This document shows, in pieces, positions 60,801 to 64,000 of a stretch of 64,000 bases of DNA. The first letter of the stretch is position 1. Every line of letters starts with the position of its first letter. The position numbers and the translations under genes were made by a program. Origin of the DNA: Bacteroidota bacterium (GTDB lineage: Bacteria > Bacteroidota > Bacteroidia > Flavobacteriales_D > Sanyastnellaceae); contig JAQCBJ010000002.1 in assembly GCA_027621555.1 (NCBI GenBank), forward strand, positions 30,796 to 94,795. Reading direction: 5' to 3'. A model generated the notes under the pieces. That model saw only the letters and a list, made by a program, of their open reading frames with translations. It made no database searches and was not told where the DNA came from.

Positions 60801-62375
60801 TTCCAGGAGTTGGCCGACCGCGACCAGAGCAACTTTTTCTCCCTTCATGCGGATCAAGACGACCTCCATTTCCTTAGCCCACGCGCCACCTACAAGGTCG
60901 ATGAGGCGTACGTGAAGTGCGAAGAAGTGAAGTCCATCGCCGTTGCGGACGCCGAAATCAAGCCCGGAGATGGCGTGCTTGTGGTTCGTCGAGACGCCCT
61001 CATGGACCCCCTTCAGGGTGCGGAGATTTTTGCCAACGACGTGACGCGCTACCACCGTTTGTACGACGCCAACGTCCAAATCAACGGCCGACTTGATTAC
61101 GAAGGGGCGGCCAGCAAAACGTACGTTGATGCGCAAGGGATTGAGTGGCCCATTCGCCTGAATGAGTTGGCGGTGGACACCGCGTACCGCACGTACGGCC
61201 ACGGTTTGATCCGCAGCGGCGAAGACTTCTTCTTGAGTCCTCAGTTCGCTTACCAAGGGCGCGTTCACCTCGAGGCGGGGCGGAAGGATTTGGAGTTTGA
61301 GGGCGGAGCCCAAATGCAATTCGAGTGCGACGACTACCCCAACGAATGGGTGGAATTCAAGGGGGTCATCAATCCCCAAGACGTGGCCATCCCCATTGAC
61401 TCCATGGTCACCGAATTGGGGAAATCCCACCTCGGCGTGGGGTGGACGTTCAACGACGGCGGCATCAAGTCCATGTACCCGACGTTCTTCACCAAGAAAC
61501 CCGTGCGTTCCGACGTGTCCTTCTTTGTTCCGCGTGGCTTTTTGCGGTACGACAAGCGCAAGGACCGGTACGTCGTCTGCGCGGACGAGAAATTGAAGAA
61601 TCCGTTGCTCCCTGGAAACTTGACCCAGCTCTCCCGCGGCGGGTGCGATTTGTACCAACAAGGAAGGGCGTCGTTTCCCTTGTTGGACAAGCATCTTTTC
61701 AGCCAAACCTACATCGGCGACATCAGCACATCCTCGGACCAAATGGTCATGCGCGGAGGGATGATCGTGGACATGCCGATGCCTGAGCCGGTGTTGAAGT
61801 ACCTCAACGAAGTCATTGATGCGTCGGACCGTGCAAGTGGCGCTTCGTATTCCATCACCAACTACGAGACCATGCTTAATGAAATGGTCGGGGTCGATGC
61901 CGCGGCGCCGTTGTTGAATGAATTGTCCATCCTTGACCAATACAAAAAGGATGTTCCCAAGGAGGTGCGCCATACCCTCGTGCTTCACGGCATGGAATGG
62001 CGCTACGACAACTACGACGATGTATGGGTGAGCGAGGGTGAGGTGGGGTTGGCGACGATGGGGGAACACAACGTCTGGCGCAGCATGGCCGGAAAGGTGG
62101 CCATCGACCGGGAGAAGAACAGGTTCATCCTTTACCTGCATTTTGGCGCGAAGCAGTGGTATTACTTCGAGTGGAAGGCTTCGGCTGGATTGATGACCGT
62201 GCAAGCGAAAGAACAAAGGGAGGAAGGCCAGCAAACTCTTGAGCTGTTGCTCTCGGAATTGAAGGACTCTGAGAAGGAAATCAAAGAAGGAGCCAAGCGA
62301 TTCAAGGTGCAGTGGATTCCGGGCACAGGCGTCCGATCAGATTTCACAGATACGTACCGCGAATTCGACGAATGA
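57894..62375 (+). CDS. 1493-aa secreted protein of unknown function (non-repetitive; no family recognised)
   Basis: Long uninterrupted ORF with host-like codon usage. Signal peptide MKIRLVWLALAVACLWPVVVCAQ. No T9SS CTD, no obvious repeats and no catalytic motif I can name. Confidence 0.75.
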   Translation: MKIRLVWLALAVACLWPVVVCAQSNDSSPENTSAFLKDMERKASEVNSDDAKWVRRDFSYAFEDEAVGEDRRQQLIQVVRALEENRTKFSVAVLGYMRGARILLQRKDWKAWADWHTQIDYFLTHPKERKESESFLELAEGLFSQGLLYQSTSATWYFRGGQIGLGTDAQGMPVWDCSMGTLVCLSKGDSARVREVSGQHRPLEERFYGASGKVEWERTTNEGELSAELGLFEVRVKGSSFSTEQARLRSTLFDLPLEGVLIFKVQGEDKIQQRTYPRFESRTGRVVLEDVFPGVSFEGGLQVRGSKLAGTGSDNQWAKLSIMNHDTLFIQCWSDQVLFSDNSIDATHARLSLLFGEDSIYHPDIKVKYLDEQKLFRATRQTEGVGQQPFIDTYHAIEMEVEAVEWELNSPSVVFRRLTSDRPEPAAFRSLDCFELDVYDQMMGIDPIHPLAELATYMARRGVTSFYSEEYADFLGLQEEQARMLLIGLTNSGYVDLDVATHFCEVKPRAERHIKARKGVIDYDVLAFYSNPNQSSTNAVLSLNNRRLELKGIGRFGVSEAQDVKIIPDGGELALGKNRSFEFNGVIQAGKFELRGAEFAFDYDAFKLDVRQAESLRILVEIDGEFDAYGQKMRWMASTIEEITGTLEIDHPNNKSGWKSDRYTQYPILTSREVSHVYYDAGYICGGAYHRDDFNYAVDPFVIDSLDNFKKEDLIFEGELLAGGIVPDLVEPLRLMEDYSLGFTRKTPPQGYPLYEGLGTVTGDLTLNLGGLHGPGSIDFLTSHLEGEDNTLVPDSAYGRTTLYDNVARTGSIPLVSASVADFGLQSYGKRLYVRSTPLDSLQFFGEDVYLKGELELTEPKMTGRGTFMFERAELASQDFLMKERTIDADVAAFELQGSDLNEVAFGTDNVSAHVDFDLRRGDFKAHDGATLIDLPAIRYQCLMDEFSWFMDEERLDLMNTLIDPSAMTFQELADRDQSNFFSLHADQDDLHFLSPRATYKVDEAYVKCEEVKSIAVADAEIKPGDGVLVVRRDALMDPLQGAEIFANDVTRYHRLYDANVQINGRLDYEGAASKTYVDAQGIEWPIRLNELAVDTAYRTYGHGLIRSGEDFFLSPQFAYQGRVHLEAGRKDLEFEGGAQMQFECDDYPNEWVEFKGVINPQDVAIPIDSMVTELGKSHLGVGWTFNDGGIKSMYPTFFTKKPVRSDVSFFVPRGFLRYDKRKDRYVVCADEKLKNPLLPGNLTQLSRGGCDLYQQGRASFPLLDKHLFSQTYIGDISTSSDQMVMRGGMIVDMPMPEPVLKYLNEVIDASDRASGASYSITNYETMLNEMVGVDAAAPLLNELSILDQYKKDVPKEVRHTLVLHGMEWRYDNYDDVWVSEGEVGLATMGEHNVWRSMAGKVAIDREKNRFILYLHFGAKQWYYFEWKASAGLMTVQAKEQREEGQQTLELLLSELKDSEKEIKEGAKRFKVQWIPGTGVRSDFTDTYREFDE

Positions 62376-62381
62376 CCGTGA

Positions 62382-64000
<1,619 letters not shown>

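Overview
This 64-kb chromosomal window reads as a GC-rich member of the Bacteroidota (upper-50s % GC by eye, not computed). Two proteins end in type-A T9SS C-terminal sorting domains, a gldF-gldG gliding-motility ABC module is present, and gene starts are preceded by TAnnTTTG-type -7 boxes rather than Shine-Dalgarno sequences. I call 50 protein-coding genes, one tRNA(CAU), five hairpin terminators and 19 promoter boxes. Two genes are cut by the window edges, and the 3' one, fadH, is absent from the supplied ORF track. I saw no rRNA, CRISPR, transposase, integrase, phage or recognisable defence genes. Most content is housekeeping (glnS, purC, tpiA, rpe, coaE, pdxH, prmA, rlmI, cca, tsaC, xth, recQ, phoH, clpS). 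There is also acyl-CoA and phenylacetate-type metabolism (thiolase, PaaY-like, PaaZ, FadH, ALDH), glycan enzymes (GH65, GH92, GT4, AsnB-like plus Wzx-like), and a set of secreted or surface proteins. Packing is extreme: many convergent genes overlap or are 2-4 nt apart, and divergent genes are as little as 29 nt apart. The main observations are these. (1) A -7 promoter box sits exactly 4 nt before the start codon at nine genes, which predicts a discrete leaderless-mRNA class. (2) A 1484-aa secreted protein next to the tRNA is built from 8 HYR-like DxCGN modules, about 10 copies of an ACN(F/Y)...DDGSC mini-module, an ancient 560-nt internal duplication and a dockerin-like tail. (3) The same Cys-bracketed dockerin-like Ca-loop motif recurs in three unlinked secreted proteins. 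(4) gldF and gldG form a single fused ORF. (5) A 1493-aa secreted protein matches no family I recognise. (6) A T9SS cargo gene has clearly different codon usage and sits behind the largest intergenic region. I could not demonstrate a self-contained novel multi-gene system from sequence alone, so the findings are ranked accordingly.
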